The notes below the pieces were generated by a model. The model searched no databases and was not told the DNA's origin. It saw only the letters and a list, made by a program, of their open reading frames with translations. 64,000 nucleotides of DNA, from contig NW_003314374.1 of NCBI RefSeq assembly GCF_000143415.4, positions 500,561-564,560 on the forward strand. Direction: 5' to 3'. Below are positions 49,806 through 63,400 of the stretch, one piece after another. The stretch is from Selaginella moellendorffii. Taxonomy: Eukaryota; Plantae; Lycopodiophyta. The first letter of the stretch is position 1, and every line of letters begins with the position of its first letter. Made by a program: the position numbers and the translations under genes.

Positions 49806-52800
49806 TTTTTTTTCCTTTAAAATGGTTATATGGCCTTATATAGAATCTTAATTCAAATTTAATAATTTTAAAATTCTGACAAACTTGACATTTACTAGAT
49901 AGAAAGTATAAAGTACAAATTTAAAGAAGTGACAAGAATACTCTTTTTGCAAATATTTTATTTTATGTTCTAACAAACGTCCCTATCATTGCATGTAGTA
50001 AATATTTAAATTATTAGAACAAGAAGTGTCCTTTAGAACATTTCTACTATATAATATATAAAGAGTTATGAAATTATTAGGTTATAATGTTTTACTAAAT
50101 TACAATTGAAAATTGAGCTCAACTCTTTAGCTCGTGAGCTCAAGTATGGTACACGCTTGAAAGAAAGAGTGGACTTAGTAGTGTTGAAGATACTAGATTT
50201 TCAGATGGTGTTTGGTATGGATTTCTTCAACAAATATATTAAAGGGATTTATGGTGCTAGACAAAATCATATCACATTAAGGTTAGAAGGACATCTTAAT
50301 ATGTCAGTTCAGTTGCAAAAGCATTCCTCGAAAGGATTGGGATGCTAAGTTTGTAATTGTGAGAGCCGCTCAAAAAGTAGCTAAGAAGGGATGTTAAACC
50401 TTTTGGGTTCAAGTGATGGAAGCTGAGAGTGTTAGTGACTTAGTTCAAATAAATGATAGGGTTGATCCTATACTAAAAAAAATATTAGAGTTGTTAGCGA
50501 GGAATCAGGATATTTTTCTGAAGGACTTGCCACTAAGGCTACCTCTTAGCTGTGAGGTTGATCATTGGATTGAGGTCATTTCGGGTTCTAAATCACCTAC
50601 ATAAGCTCTATATTGTTTGAACATCAAGGAAATGGTTGAACTCAAGAAGCAACTCATTAAGCTTCTTGACAAAAGTCATATCTGACCAAGCAAGTTACAT
50701 ATGGAGCATTAGTCCTTTTTATTATGAAAAAGGGTGGAATCATAAGGATGTGTATTGACTATCGGGCACTTAACAAGATCATAGTCAAAAATAGTTATCC
50801 TTTGCCTCACATTGATGACTTGTTTAACCAACTCTTAAAGACTAAGTATTTTACATGACTTGATTTGCAGTCTAGATGTCATCAAATATGGGTGGCAGAT
50901 TAAGATGTATAGAAAATAGCTTTTAAGACTCAATATGAATCTTATGAGTTCCTCGTTATGCCATTTGGGCTATGCAATGCTTCAACAACGTTCAACACTA
51001 TGATGGATAGAATATTTAGAGATTATTTAAACATATTTGTTGTCCTATATATCAACAATGTTTTAGTCGTTAATGAAACATTGGAGGATCATTTGAAAGA
51101 CTTGGAACTGGTGTTTTAGAAGTTGCGTAAACACAAATTATATACTAAGGAAAGTAAATGCACTTTTGGACAATTGCGTATGAACTTTCTTGGATATATA
51201 GTTGATAGTGGCATAATTGAGGTGGATCCAAAGAAGGTGGAAGGGGTGAAGTCTTAGGAAGTCCTAACCACTATATCAAATGTTCGTTCCTTTCTTGGTT
51301 TGGCAAGATACTATTGCAAGTTTGTCCACAATTTTGCAAGAATTACTCTTTTGTTGACCGAGTTAACAAAGAGTAGTATACCATTTCATTGGACACCGGC
51401 TTGTCAACATGCTTTTATGTGGTTGAAAGAAATCTTGATTATGGTTCCTATTTTCAAAATCCCAAATCTTGATAAACCCTTTGAAATGCATTGTGATGAT
51501 GTTGCAACAAGATTGTAACAAAGTGGTTGGTGTTATGCTAAAGTAACATGGTTGTCCTATTGCATTCTATTCCAAGAAATTGGATGAAACTCAACGGAGA
51601 TAGCCAACACACGAGAAAGAAATGTTTGTTATAGTGTCGGCATTGGAACATTGATGACATTATTTGGGTGGACATACCAAGGTTTATACAGATAGTAACA
51701 CACTTAGCTATTTTGCTACGTAGCCTAAGCAGGCTTGTTGGCAAGAGAAGCTTGCCAGATTTGATATTGAAATCATATATAAACCTAGTAAAGACAATAT
51801 TGTTCCGAATTCATTGAGTTATCAAGCTCAGTTCCAAGCAATATTGGCAATTAGTTTAGGCTGGTTGGAGGATGTTTGGGCTTTATATAGAAGTGATCCA
51901 TTAGCAAAGGCAATCTTGCTCTGTGCGAAGTTGTCAAAGTAGAACCCTAGTAGCGAAGCGGCAAAAGTTACTAGTAATGCCAATGCAAAGCTTCACTTCT
52001 TAGTTGAGGATGGGCTTATATTCTATAAGCTAGAAAGATTGTATCTTCCCTCTAAGGAACTGTAGCATCTGTTTCTGCAGGAACATCATGATGTTCCAGC
52101 AACAAGACATAGTGGAAAGCAAAGGACTCTTGTTTCATTAAATTGGGATTTATTCTTGTCTTGTATGGAAGATGATATAGCGGACTATATCTATTTTTGC
52201 CCTATATTATAGGTCATGAGAATTTGTAATGAGGTGAACCTATGTGAAGTTGTTTGTAGGAGGAAGTTGGTTGAGTCTTGAAAATGGCCATGCTGGTGCT
52301 GAAAAGCATTACAACTTCCTAGCCTGCTTCTCAGTTTTGCACTTACATTGCTAGCATAGAGTGTGACACTTGATTTTGTCACTTGTTTGCTGAAGTCTAA
52401 GGGTTATGATACTTTGATGGTGGTTGTGGATCGGTTGTTGAAGATTGCATACCTCATTCCAACTATAGAAATAATGAATGCGAAACAAGTAGCAAAACTC
52501 TTTTTCCATGAAGTTTTGGGGCATATTATTCCAATTGTTTGGTACTAACTTGAAGTTTAGTATGGCTTATCATCCTCAAACTGATGGGTAAACCGAATGT
52601 GTGGATGCTCAAGTTGAGGATTATTTACAGTACTATGTTGCGGTAGACTAACGTGATTGGGTTGAGCATTTGGATACAGTAAAAATCTGTTATAACAACA
52701 TATTTCACAATGTTATTGGTTGTTCTTCATAGGAGATGTTGCAAGGGAATGCTTGTGGGGTTCCTCAATAGATTGTTATACTTAAACTAATGTTTGAAGT

Positions 52801-55800
52801 GTTAGTCCTGACCATTAAGACTTATGTGGAGAAACTACACCAAGGTTGGTCTAGAGTTACTAAGGCAATGGGCAAAGCTTAGGATAGGTATTGGTGTGAT
52901 AAAAATCAACATTGTCAAGATGTATCCTATCAAGTGGGAGATTAGGTGTGGTTATCTTCCCAGAACTTGAATGTTAAGGGATCTTTGTTTTGGAAGCTAT
53001 TACCAAGATATGTTGGGCCCTATCGGGTTTTGAAATGAATTGGTGATGTATTCTATCGATTGGATTTTCCTGCAGACATATCTAATATTCATAATGTATT
53101 TTATGCCAATTTATTAGCTCCTTACAATATGGATGTTGCATATCACGAGGGGATTTGTCCGCTACCTGATGTTGTGGACGGTGAACTTGAATATGAAATT
53201 GAAACTATCTTGGATTCTCAATTTTGGAGACGGGCTCGTGCGAAGGAATATCTAGTTAAGTGGAAAAATTACCCAACTTGTGAATCAACTGGGGAATCTC
53301 TTAGGAATCTTACACATGCTCGTGAGCTTATTATAGAATATGAGAATCGTAATAAAGAATAATTTTGTAAATCTTGTAATAAATCTTGCAAATCAATAAA
53401 GTAATATATTTATATAAATCAAAGTTTCATTTTTCTCATTCGTTAGTACTTGGGTCAATTTTGGCAGGTTGACTTCTCACTTCAGTTCAATCCATAACCA
53501 TAGGGATAACTATTATAGACTGATCACAAGTCCCCACCTCTTTCTTGATGACTTATTTTTGAAAAGGGGTGTGGTCGTGTAAATAACTTCATCTACTAGT
53601 TTATAATAGTTGTTTAAATCTTCTCGACAGAGTTGATTTCTTGCTCAAGGGAAGTTGGGCATTTGGCCCTCTCTCTATGTCTCTACAGGTAGGGATGTAT
53701 CATTTCTTTGTAAGTTGAGTGGTACTTAGAGTAGCAAGGGTGGTTAACTCTATCTAAGTTTTAATGTCTTTGGATGTAGAGGAAAGATTGTTCCATAACT
53801 CATTTAAGTCGGTGTGTTTCCCACATAATGTGCTTTCCATTAACTTTTAAAGTTGTTTCCTTGACGGTTTGCTAGACTCGGGTATGCATTAATAAGGACG
53901 TCAATCTTCCTTAAGAGGGGGAGAATGTTATGAATGTGACTTCAGGTATCGAAAAATACTTGTTGGCTAGTCCTTATAGACACTCTTTCCTTATTGCCAT
54001 AATAGCAAGAGGTCGGTACAGTTGAATCCCTTTGGTAGCCCCTCTTATACTAGTGGAGTTAACTAGGCATTTCAAGTATACTTAGACCAAACGAGCATAA
54101 GGATAGAATTCTTACATGCTATTATCTAAACATACTTAGCTTGGTAAGGAGTTCTTGTCTCATTATATCTTGTATTAGCTAAGACAAAAACCCTCACATA
54201 TTGAGATTAGTCCCTCAATATCACTAAATAATAGCTTATTGTATCTGCCAAACACCCTCGCTATCATACCTTTTATGTTAGTCTCATTTTTGTCCTAAAT
54301 AGTATTTATGAAAAGTGTCTAGATTTGCTCATTTGGCATATCTACGGAATGTAGAGATTGTCTTGAACACAATAGTGTTCGTCCCATGTCCAAATTCGCA
54401 ATCTAAAAATATTCCATATTTAGTAAGTTTTGAGTTTGTCCCAGAGATTAACTCTTGGTACTAAAAACGGCTTAAGGGGAAGCCTAAAGCATGTATTCAT
54501 GGACTGAGATATTAGTTTAACTCCCATCGGGCTATGTCACTCCTTTTTCTATATCCAGCTTAGGTCTAAGCCTAAGTTCCATGCTGCTCTAATCAGTGGG
54601 GTACCCTCATCCTCATGTTAAGCCACTAGTATACCAAAATTGTGCCAGACACCATCTGACACTATTTTATATGCAAGTGCTAGATATGGGGAGCTGGTGC
54701 TTGTGGGATTCTACTAGACCCTTATTTTGTAGCGCAATAAGTTTAGAGTTCGGCTCCAAATTCAAGTGTGTTATATATAGATATACAAAGGATAAAACTT
54801 TGAGAGAAGATATGATAGTGCAGAATTTGTGTAGCTTCTTAAGCTCTTTAATAGCCCTCTAGTATTTATGAGACAAAAAAAAGTTCACGTCATGCCAAAG
54901 AAGATTTCAGAAGACCTAGGAAAACTGTGGTTTAAAAGGTCTTTCCCAATTTACAGCCAAAAATAACTAATTTGACCCTAGATAGTGTGGAAATGTCATG
55001 GGGCATTAAAAACTTTTAGGACTCTTGTTTAAGGTATTGTATAATGAATTATCTAGGGTAAGATTTTAGTATTACACTTTGGAACTCTTCACTCCCAGCA
55101 ATTCTCACAACTCTACTCTCACACTTGGAGAGGTAGGCCCCTCTAGGGTTGTTTTACCTAGACTCTTTTGGGTGGGGATTTCCATTGCCTTTTGTTTTCA
55201 CTAGCACTCATTAACAAAACAGCCTTAAAGGGGTTGCCTTCATGTAAGTGCGAGAGCTTCTAGTTAGTCTTGTGAGGCACTAGGGTGTGATCGATGGTGC
55301 TTAGGCCAGACCCATGGCACTGAGACAGAGTGGCACTCATGCAATGACATCCCAAGTCAAATTTCCTTACTTTTGCACATAGGCTAATGATCATGACAAC
55401 TAACAAGGTAAGCTTTTGATAACTTTAAACTCCAGTTTTAAATTTATTCTTTAGACATCAAGTATTATTAAATCCTATAAGTGTGGAGGAAAACCTATTC
55501 TACTAGAATTGTCTGGCTAAGAGTCTTTTTGAGAGAGCTTCTTTGAAGTGGCATGGTACCATACTTTTAGAGAGAATTATGTCTTAAATACACTCATCAA
55601 ATCTGCCATCAAAGAGGGTGTATTTTCCTTATCTCAAAAGACATAAAGACAAGTTTGTATCACTTGATTTTCAAAAGAGTGGGTAATGCATCATATGGAA
55701 AATTGAGGATAAGATTTTTAAGGTATCAGAGATTAAGCACTAGTTTGTGTAGCTCCAAAAGGGCTGGAAAGGAAGAAAGAGAGCCATGAACTTAGAGCTC

Positions 55801-56789
55801 ATTGAGAATATAATTATTATCAAGCTTTTAAGTGTTTCATACCCTAACATGAAAACTAACACTTGCTACAAGAAGACAAAATAGTTCAAAAGTAGTAAAC
55901 CTTTCTTCTGGATATGAAGTATTGGGAGGTGGATGTCAAGGAAGTCCTTGCAACGTCTAGATACTTGCCTACTCCCTCGAACTCTTTATGGTTTTGACAT
56001 GAGATTTCCTACCTGAAAGTGGTATGTAAGCTTGATTTTATATTCATTAATATAATTTTATGAGGGGGATTTAAGTTGGCCTAGGGTTCATTTCATTATG
56101 GTAGCGACAAAGAATGGCACAGGAATATCAGCATTGATGCCCTAGCTTGTGGGACAAATCCTATGCAAGCTTCCATTCTCAGATGTTCTCACCTCTAGAT
56201 GCATGTGCTGCACATGGAAAGTAGCCGTGGATGAGCCCAGCTTCTGGAGCTCCTACAAGGCAGATAAGTTTATCATCCTAGCTTCCTATACATGTGAATA
56301 TGTAATATACTTATGAACCAAGAGTCTCTTTTCAAGTTTATTTTATCCAAGGTAGCAAATCCCATGTACCTCTTCATTACCAATCAGGCCAACAACCACA
56401 GGTATATAGCTTGGTTTTCCTGGTTTGAATTAGACACAAGACTTCCAGCATAATCATTGATGGTTATCACAGCACCTCTCACCTTTATCATCACCTGAAT
56501 AAGTATAAGTATACTCATTAGCTTTCTAATGTAACTTTTATTGTTTGTTCTCCATGAAAGAAGTAAGCAGCAAATGAAACAATAGAAACCTCGAAAACAC
56601 ATCCAACATATAAGCGCTTCTAAATTCTAATATTAGTTATTGCTAGCTAGAGATATCTTTTTGCTTTTTACTTCTAAGAGGAAAGGAATATGCTCTATAA
56701 TTCTTGATCACCCATTATGAAAGAGGAAAACTAACAAGTACTTGATAATAGCTTTTAATATGTTCCAGCTCGAGTAGGTCAAATCCAAG

Positions 56790-56960
56790 GTAGCTATCAC
56801 CCTGACATCCCAATAGCTCCCAATGGCTTAACATTTCAATGGCTCCTAATGGCTATCACCCCATACTAGCAACTCCTAGTGATTGTCACCTTAATATCCC
56901 AATAGTTCCTAGTAGTTGGCACTTTGACATCTTAAGAGCTCCTAAAAGTTACCATTGTGG
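56790..56960. repeat. Degenerate ~33-bp tandem repeat
   Basis: Recurrent GCTATCACC...CATCCCAATAGCTCC-like units. Confidence 0.55.
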
Positions 56961-57149
56961 TATATATGAACTTTGAGTCAAACTCTAAGCCCATTGCATT
57001 GTGAAAAGATAGTTTGTTATGCACTTAATATCTCTTATGAGCATGAACTCCTTATATCTAGCTCCTACATGCAAAACAGTGTCAAACAAAGTTTGGCACA
57101 ATTTCAATATATTAGTGGCTTAATCCAATCAGCATATCGGTGGTCTAAT

Positions 57150-57330
57150 GCGAAGAAGGTATTCCACTGACTAAAGCAATATAAAACTTAAGCTTAGGCC
57201 CAAGTTGGACATAGAACAAAAGAGTGATACAACTTAATAGATGCCAAACTAATGTTTTAAATGGTTGGCTATACTTTCAACCACTATCCCTACTATTTGA
57301 ACTCCCCCCCCCTCCCCCCCCCCCCCCTGG
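57150..57330 (-). repeat. Inverted fragment of a B-family LTR
   Basis: Reverse complement of TTAGGTCTAAGCCTAAGTT-like and poly-G...TAGTAGGGATAGTGG segments. Confidence 0.65.
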
Positions 57331-57674
57331 ATGAAGTGTTTATAAATATGTAAATATATAAAAGCCAGTTTAGATGGATATGACTTTGGTCAAAATGGAC
57401 ATTTCTAGCTGTGATTAAATTTGATATAAATTTGCAATATTGTGAAGAGCTGAAAAGTCATTAATTTATTTATTTTTATATATTTCAATTACACACCATC
57501 ACAAATCCCAAGTACTTCAAAGATTTTCACCCAAATTTACACTTTGGATATTTAAGTTTGGGAAAATATTTATCAAACTACTAAAGCACCCACTTGATAT
57601 ATTATAAAATGATCTTGCCATATTATACCGTTGATCAATGTTAATCAACAAATCATCCATATAAGCATGCATAA

Positions 57675-59388
57675 TGTTAGGCACCAGCTTTGACTACGTG
57701 GTCAACGTCAGTCAAAGGGAGGCTCAAGGGTATATTAAGGCATGTTAGGGTAAGGGACTTAACTACCCTAAGGCTCACAGTGGAGCTTTTGAGGTAGCTC
57801 GGGGGTGGTTGGGTAGTGAGGAACCTCAAGAGGTGGCATAGCATAGTTTAGGGTGACTAGATTTCTGTCTTTTTGCGCCGGATCATAACATTGGTATCAG
57901 AGGGAGGTTGGTTGCGATGGCCGACCAAGTTGAACGCTGGAATCCTATTGTCGATGGTGGTGCCAACGATGGTGCTGACGAAGCTACGGAGATTTGGACC
58001 ATTCAAGATGTGGTTCATGAGCTGTGAGCCCTTAATCAAAATCAACAAGAGATGCAAGACGAGATGCATGGCATGATGGATAGAGGCGTGTTGAGGCACT
58101 CGAGGCTAAACGGGGTAGCACTCCAAGTAAGCCTTCTTTGGTAGATCAATTCAAGATTCCAACTTTTTCCGGTGATGGTGGTGTGGACGAGTGTCTCGCT
58201 TGGCTAGCCAATGTGAAGAAGTTCTTGGCTGCTAGAGGAACTCCAAATGCAAAGGCTTTAGTGGCTATTCCGATGGTTTTGCGTGATGCGGGTGGGTATC
58301 CAATCACACCCATCCATATCGCCCCCCTCTAGTCGCCCCGAATAACCCTATACGGATGTTGGGGTGGTGGAATTGGCTTGAGGAGTCCTGTGTTGTGGAT
58401 AAGAAACCACCAGTGTCTACCATGGATGAGTTTGAGGCTGCTTTCCGTTTATGTTTTGCCCCTCATTACGATGTGGAGAATGCTTGTACGGAACTTCGAC
58501 ATTTTCAGCAAGGGAAAATGATGCTCGGGGACTATATTGAGAAGCTTACTCGCTTGATCAGTCGTGTTCCAACAAAGGATCCAGATCAGAACAAGTCCTA
58601 CTTCATTAATGGCCTACATAGTGAGAGCATGCGGCAACATTTGCGTCATTCTCAACCTACAAAGAGTTTGGAGGAGCTCTTTGATACAGCTCGTCAACTT
58701 GACAATGACAAGCACAAGTCTCGCAAGCATTCGTGGAGTCCTTCTGTCGAGAATTGTCGTGATGATCGCCGTGGACACAAGGATGGGAACAAGCATCACA
58801 AGTTGAAGTTGGTGGTGACTACTTCAGATGCAAAGGGGTCTAAGAAGTAGAAGTTCTTTGTGAAGAATTATAGACAGGGTTGTCATCATTGCGGCGAACT
58901 TGGACACTACAAGGCTGATTGTCCACAGTTGAAGGACAAATAGCAGGACAAGAAGAATGGCCAATCTTCTTCTCACGGTAAGTCAGATACTAAAAAGTTG
59001 CAAACTTTGTAGTATGAGGATGAGGAGAACGACCATTCCGGTCAGAGGAAGCGACTTTCGATCGTTGCTCGTCAGCTCAACTGTGTGTGGAACAAGATGG
59101 AGCTCAAGGATACGCGTGAATCAGCTTTAATGCTGGAGGGCATGTTCCGTGGCAATCCAGTGCCGATTTTACTAGATAGTGGGAGCAATGACAACTTTGT
59201 TTCGGCAAAGTTTGTTGCGGAGCATGGCCTGGTCATATATGGCATTCTTCCATACACAGTGGAAGGTGTAGCTACCTCTACTCAGCATTTCGATGTTTGT
59301 GTTGAGGGGCTAGAAGTGTTGGTTGGCAAAACCACACTTGTGGAGACTTTTTATCTCGGGATATCCATTGTGTGGATCTCATTCTTGG
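57675..59388 (+). mobile_element. Ty3/gypsy element C: short LTR, PBS, gag, protease; interrupted by Mutator-like copy 2
   Basis: TGTTA...TAACA 57675-57890; PBS TGGTATCAGAG at 57892; CHHCGELGHYKADC; LLDSGS; ends at VDLILG. Confidence 0.88.
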
Positions 59389-59930
59389 GGGCGCGGACCA
59401 TACTTGAGCTCACGAGTTGAAGAGTTGAGCTCACGAGTTGAGCTCAATTTTCAATTGTAATTTAGTACAAACATTATAAATTTTAAAATTTTAAGGTTAT
59501 GGCGAACCTAATAATTTAATAACTCTCTATATATTATATAGATAAAAATGTTCTAAAGAACACATTTTGTTCTAATAATTTAAATATTTACTACATGCAA
59601 TGATAGGGACATTTGTTAGAACATAAAATAAAATGTTTGAAAAAAGAGTATTCTTGTCACTTCTTTAAATTTGTACTCTATGCTTTCTGGCTAGTAAATG
59701 TTAGGTTTGTCAGAATTAAAAAATTATTAAATTTGAAATAAGATTCTATGGGAAACCATATAACCGTTTGAAAGGAAAAAAAATAACCGTTGATGTAAGC
59801 TTATTGCATATAAAAGAAAGACTTGGTTCTTTGTAGAATACATTCTTGAGGGGTTTGTCGTAGCATACTGTCTAGAATTTATAGATCTTCATTCACACTC
59901 TCATTCGAAAAAAGGGAAATACACCCACAA

Positions 59931-60392
59931 ATGTCTATGGGTTCTAGTGTTGGTAATTTTAACTCTCACAATCTTTCTTCCCAGGGCTCAAGGGCTAGGA
60001 GATGCAATAACTATCCCATTGCACAACATAACCAAATCACACAAGAGAATGAAAGAGAGGATAGAGAGGATAGTGAGGATAGTGATCATGAGTTGGAAAT
60101 AAATGCAATGACAGAGGGTGCAACAAATTGGGTGAAAAAGAATGCCCTCTTACTTGTTTTAGAAAAGTGCAATTCTGCCACTTTCAAGAAGTGCCCCATA
60201 TGTTTTCAAGCGTCTGGTGGAAACAATGGCAATGATCAGTATGATGGTATATATGCTCTTGCGACACACTGCAACATCACGCACCCGAAAGACTACCATG
60301 AAATCTTTTTTGAGATGGTAAAGACAGAAATGGAGACACACGAGTACTATGGGCAGTATTGCGAGAAGAACACTCGGAAGCATATAAAATGA
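59931..60392 (+). CDS. Cargo zinc-finger gene 3 (zf-XS-like), intact ORF convergent with the transposase
   Basis: 153-aa open frame with CPIC...DQYDGIYALATHC...H...KTEMETHEYY. Confidence 0.7.
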   Translation: MSMGSSVGNFNSHNLSSQGSRARRCNNYPIAQHNQITQENEREDREDSEDSDHELEINAMTEGATNWVKKNALLLVLEKCNSATFKKCPICFQASGGNNGNDQYDGIYALATHCNITHPKDYHEIFFEMVKTEMETHEYYGQYCEKNTRKHIK

Positions 60393-60483
60393 AAAGTGAA
60401 ATGAAAAAGCACATTTGTATTAATTATATAAAGTATAATAAGTTTTATTGATAGAGAATAAACATCGATAGTGTTGGAGAAAT

Positions 60484-63400
60484 CTAATTAGCTCCAAAAG
60501 TTTTCTGCAACTCAGCAATAGTAAGGCTTGCTTGGTGTATATGAATATCCACTTTAGGATCCTGGTGCAAGATGTTGATGAAGATGTAGTACATATGCTT
60601 GCAAGGAGCATATGCCTTCCCATGTTCCTCGCGCTTCGTAAAGTCTGGACATGTGCAAGAAGGAAAGTCGTGAATGGCAATTGTGTACTCTCCACCTTCT
60701 GTTTTGACTATGTACTCCTTTGCAAGCGCAGTGATGTACTTCGTAGAGAGAATCTCACACTCAAGTGTTTGAGCCAAGTTTATTTTACCTTGCTTCTGCT
60801 TGGAGACGGTACCAATAAATTTAACTGCTTTACCTTTTCGTGCTGGCCTCCTGTGCATCTCTGTAGGAATAGTCCTGCTCCTGTCACTCATGTCTCCAAC
60901 TCTCCTCTCAAGATTAAAACCAGATTTCTCAAGGTTTTCAATCTCATCCGAGGTGAGCGCGACCCCATTAACAACTGGCCATTCTTTAGGTACTGCATCA
61001 GGTTTAGTCACTATAGTGTCTTCAAGCCGCTTCGTATGGTTGGCGTCGGTGTTGCAACAATATAGCCAGCACCATCTTGAAAATCCTGCTTGCTTTCGTT
61101 CCCCATAGAAACATGGGGCTGGAACAGAAGCAGATTTTTCACCACGAATCCAGGCCCAACACTTGCCCCTTGGAAGCATCCCCACACACCTTACATTTGA
61201 TTTTGCTGGCACACGTCGGATTGCCCATTGCTTCGGCTCCACGTTACGGTAAGCAATTTCAACCTGTTGCGATGCACTCTCTTCATCAGCCACTTGAGGT
61301 GGCTCAGTCCGAGAGCGGTGTCTTGGAGCAGAATGGTACTCGACATCAGGCCTGTGGGAGCTTTTTGCTCCAAGGTCCGTACCAACATCTTCCCCAGCAA
61401 AGGAAAAACGACGCTTTGAGCGGACAGTCTTCATATCACCAATAGAAGCTCGGGGAGTGTACTCCATAGATGTGCCACGGACCACTTCCTCAACTGCAGT
61501 TGCCACTGTTCGGGCGGGTGGAGTTAATTTTCTCTTCATCCTATCATGTAACATCTCAACAGAAGGCCCTGTTCCCATGTATCTTCCTTCCTCGAATGCC
61601 AGTGCTTTTGAAGATTGCTCTATAGCACATATCAAATCTGATAGACAGGCTTCGTATAGACTCATCTTCCCTTTCCCTGCCTCAGAGGAACGCCAACTCC
61701 AATGCTTACTTTCGGAGAGATTCACAGTTGGGGTGTATGCGAGGTCCTCAAGTGGTTGATCCTAATGGAAAAGGCAATATTAAAAGGTAATAAAAGGAGA
61801 AGAAAAAATATAAACCAACCTGAAAAGAGTGATGTCCCCATTGGAACATCCTAACTTCCCACCATCCTAACCATGACTCAAGTTGTGGTAGGCAACTTAC
61901 GTCTGTATGGCCATCTTCACGCCACCACATTCGGATCTCGTTTGCTTTTGCCTCATGCTCTTCTTCAGAAGGTGCAACTTGCCATTGTTTGCACAACTCC
62001 TTAAATATTGATTGAAACTCTGGCTTGATAAGGTGGCAATGCTGGTTTAGGCTTTGAGCCCAATGGAACTCACAAGTCCTCTCACGACCTTCCAATGGTT
62101 GACCATTCCCAAAAACTGCTCGGATACCATTCCAGTTTGCACCAACCCCATCTGCCATGAAACCACGAAAGTTTGCAGGCTTACCAGTCCGCTTTAGGAC
62201 AATATCAGAGAGGGACTTCCAAAATATTTCCTGTGCTGTCTGGTCTTGTACTTTAAACTCTGCTGTCGCAATTGTTAAGTTACAACGTAACCTATGAAAA
62301 CATAAATATTATAACAATTTCAATATAATGAGAATAAAAATTACCTTGGATCATACACATGAGCTCCCATGGTTGTCCAACCGGATACACGCTCCATATG
62401 GTCAAAATGTACCCATGCATTTGCAAGGTCACTGGACCCAAACATGTCCATTCGGGAGACAAGATCTACGCCAGAGGCAGGGCCCATGGTAGACATTTTG
62501 AAGACGAAGGGGCGCTCTTGCTCATTCACAACTTGGTCTAGAAACAAACTTCCNNNNNNNNNNNNNNNNNNNNNNNNNNNNNNNNNNNNNNNNNNNNNNN
62601 NNNNNNNNNNNNNNNNNNNNNNNNNNNNNNNNNNNNNNNNNNNNNNNNNNNNNNNNNNNNNNNNNNNNNNNNNNNNNNNNNNNNNNNNNNNNNNNNNNNN
62701 NNNNNNNNNNNNNNNNNNNNNNNNNNNNNNNNNNNNNNNNNNNCGTAGTAAGTCCCACAAGCTAGCCTCATTTAGTTGAGTCTTTTGGCAACCTGGATTG
62801 AGTAAGGTATTTGCAATAAAATCCTTGAGGACGGTCTTCTGAATATGCTTCAGAGTTGTAGATGAGTTTCTCATAGTCTCTTCCTGTACAGCATCTTTGA
62901 AATGGTTGAGAGAACTCCTTTGTATCCCTTCCTGCATTGGATGCATATGTGTGCCAACATGCACTGCAGCTCTTCCAGCCACTCCATCCCGTGGAAGAAA
63001 GTAGTACATCTTGGCCTCGCAGATAGCACGACATAGAGGAGCATTTTTGCAGAATCGACATTTGAATCCAACAGCAATGGTGTCACAGGCTGGAGGATTG
63101 ACTGCAGACCCTTCGAAAAATATAGAGTTTCTAGAGCGGTCTCGATTGCATGCTTCATCCACACAATCTAAATGCCCGCCACAATGAACTATAGACACTG
63201 TGCCTTCAAAATGTTGAAAGTGTGTGGTCTTGATCTTGCACCAATTGTGGACATCCTACTTGGTTTCCATCCCCTTCCGTTTGGAACCTGTGCTGCTGAC
63301 AAGAGGTGGTAGCTCGAAGAAAATGTTGCCGTTGTAGGAGGATGGAAGCTCACTCACAAGCCTATACAAAAACAAGTGCACGTCGATTGAGAGGCGTGAA

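Larger units (their letters stand above)
38959..50158 (+). mobile_element. Complete 11.2-kb Mutator-like DNA transposon with cargo genes (copy 1)
   Basis: 9-bp TSD GAAAGAAAG (38950-38958, 50159-50167). Removing the element restores the protease frame KISKWKERVDLVVLKILDFQMVFGMD. Short imperfect TIRs containing TTGAGCTC; MULE transposase inside. Confidence 0.9.
37160..54775 (+). mobile_element. Ty3/gypsy chromovirus (element B), split by the Mutator-like insertion
   Basis: Partial 5' LTR 37160-37409 matches 54528-54775; PBS-like TGGTATTAAAGC at 37412. Gag with knuckle CFYCGESG. Protease is broken at 38958 and resumes at 50159. Then RT/RNase H/integrase/chromodomain to 53362, PPT 53913-53925 and 3' LTR 53926-54775. 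Confidence 0.88.
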
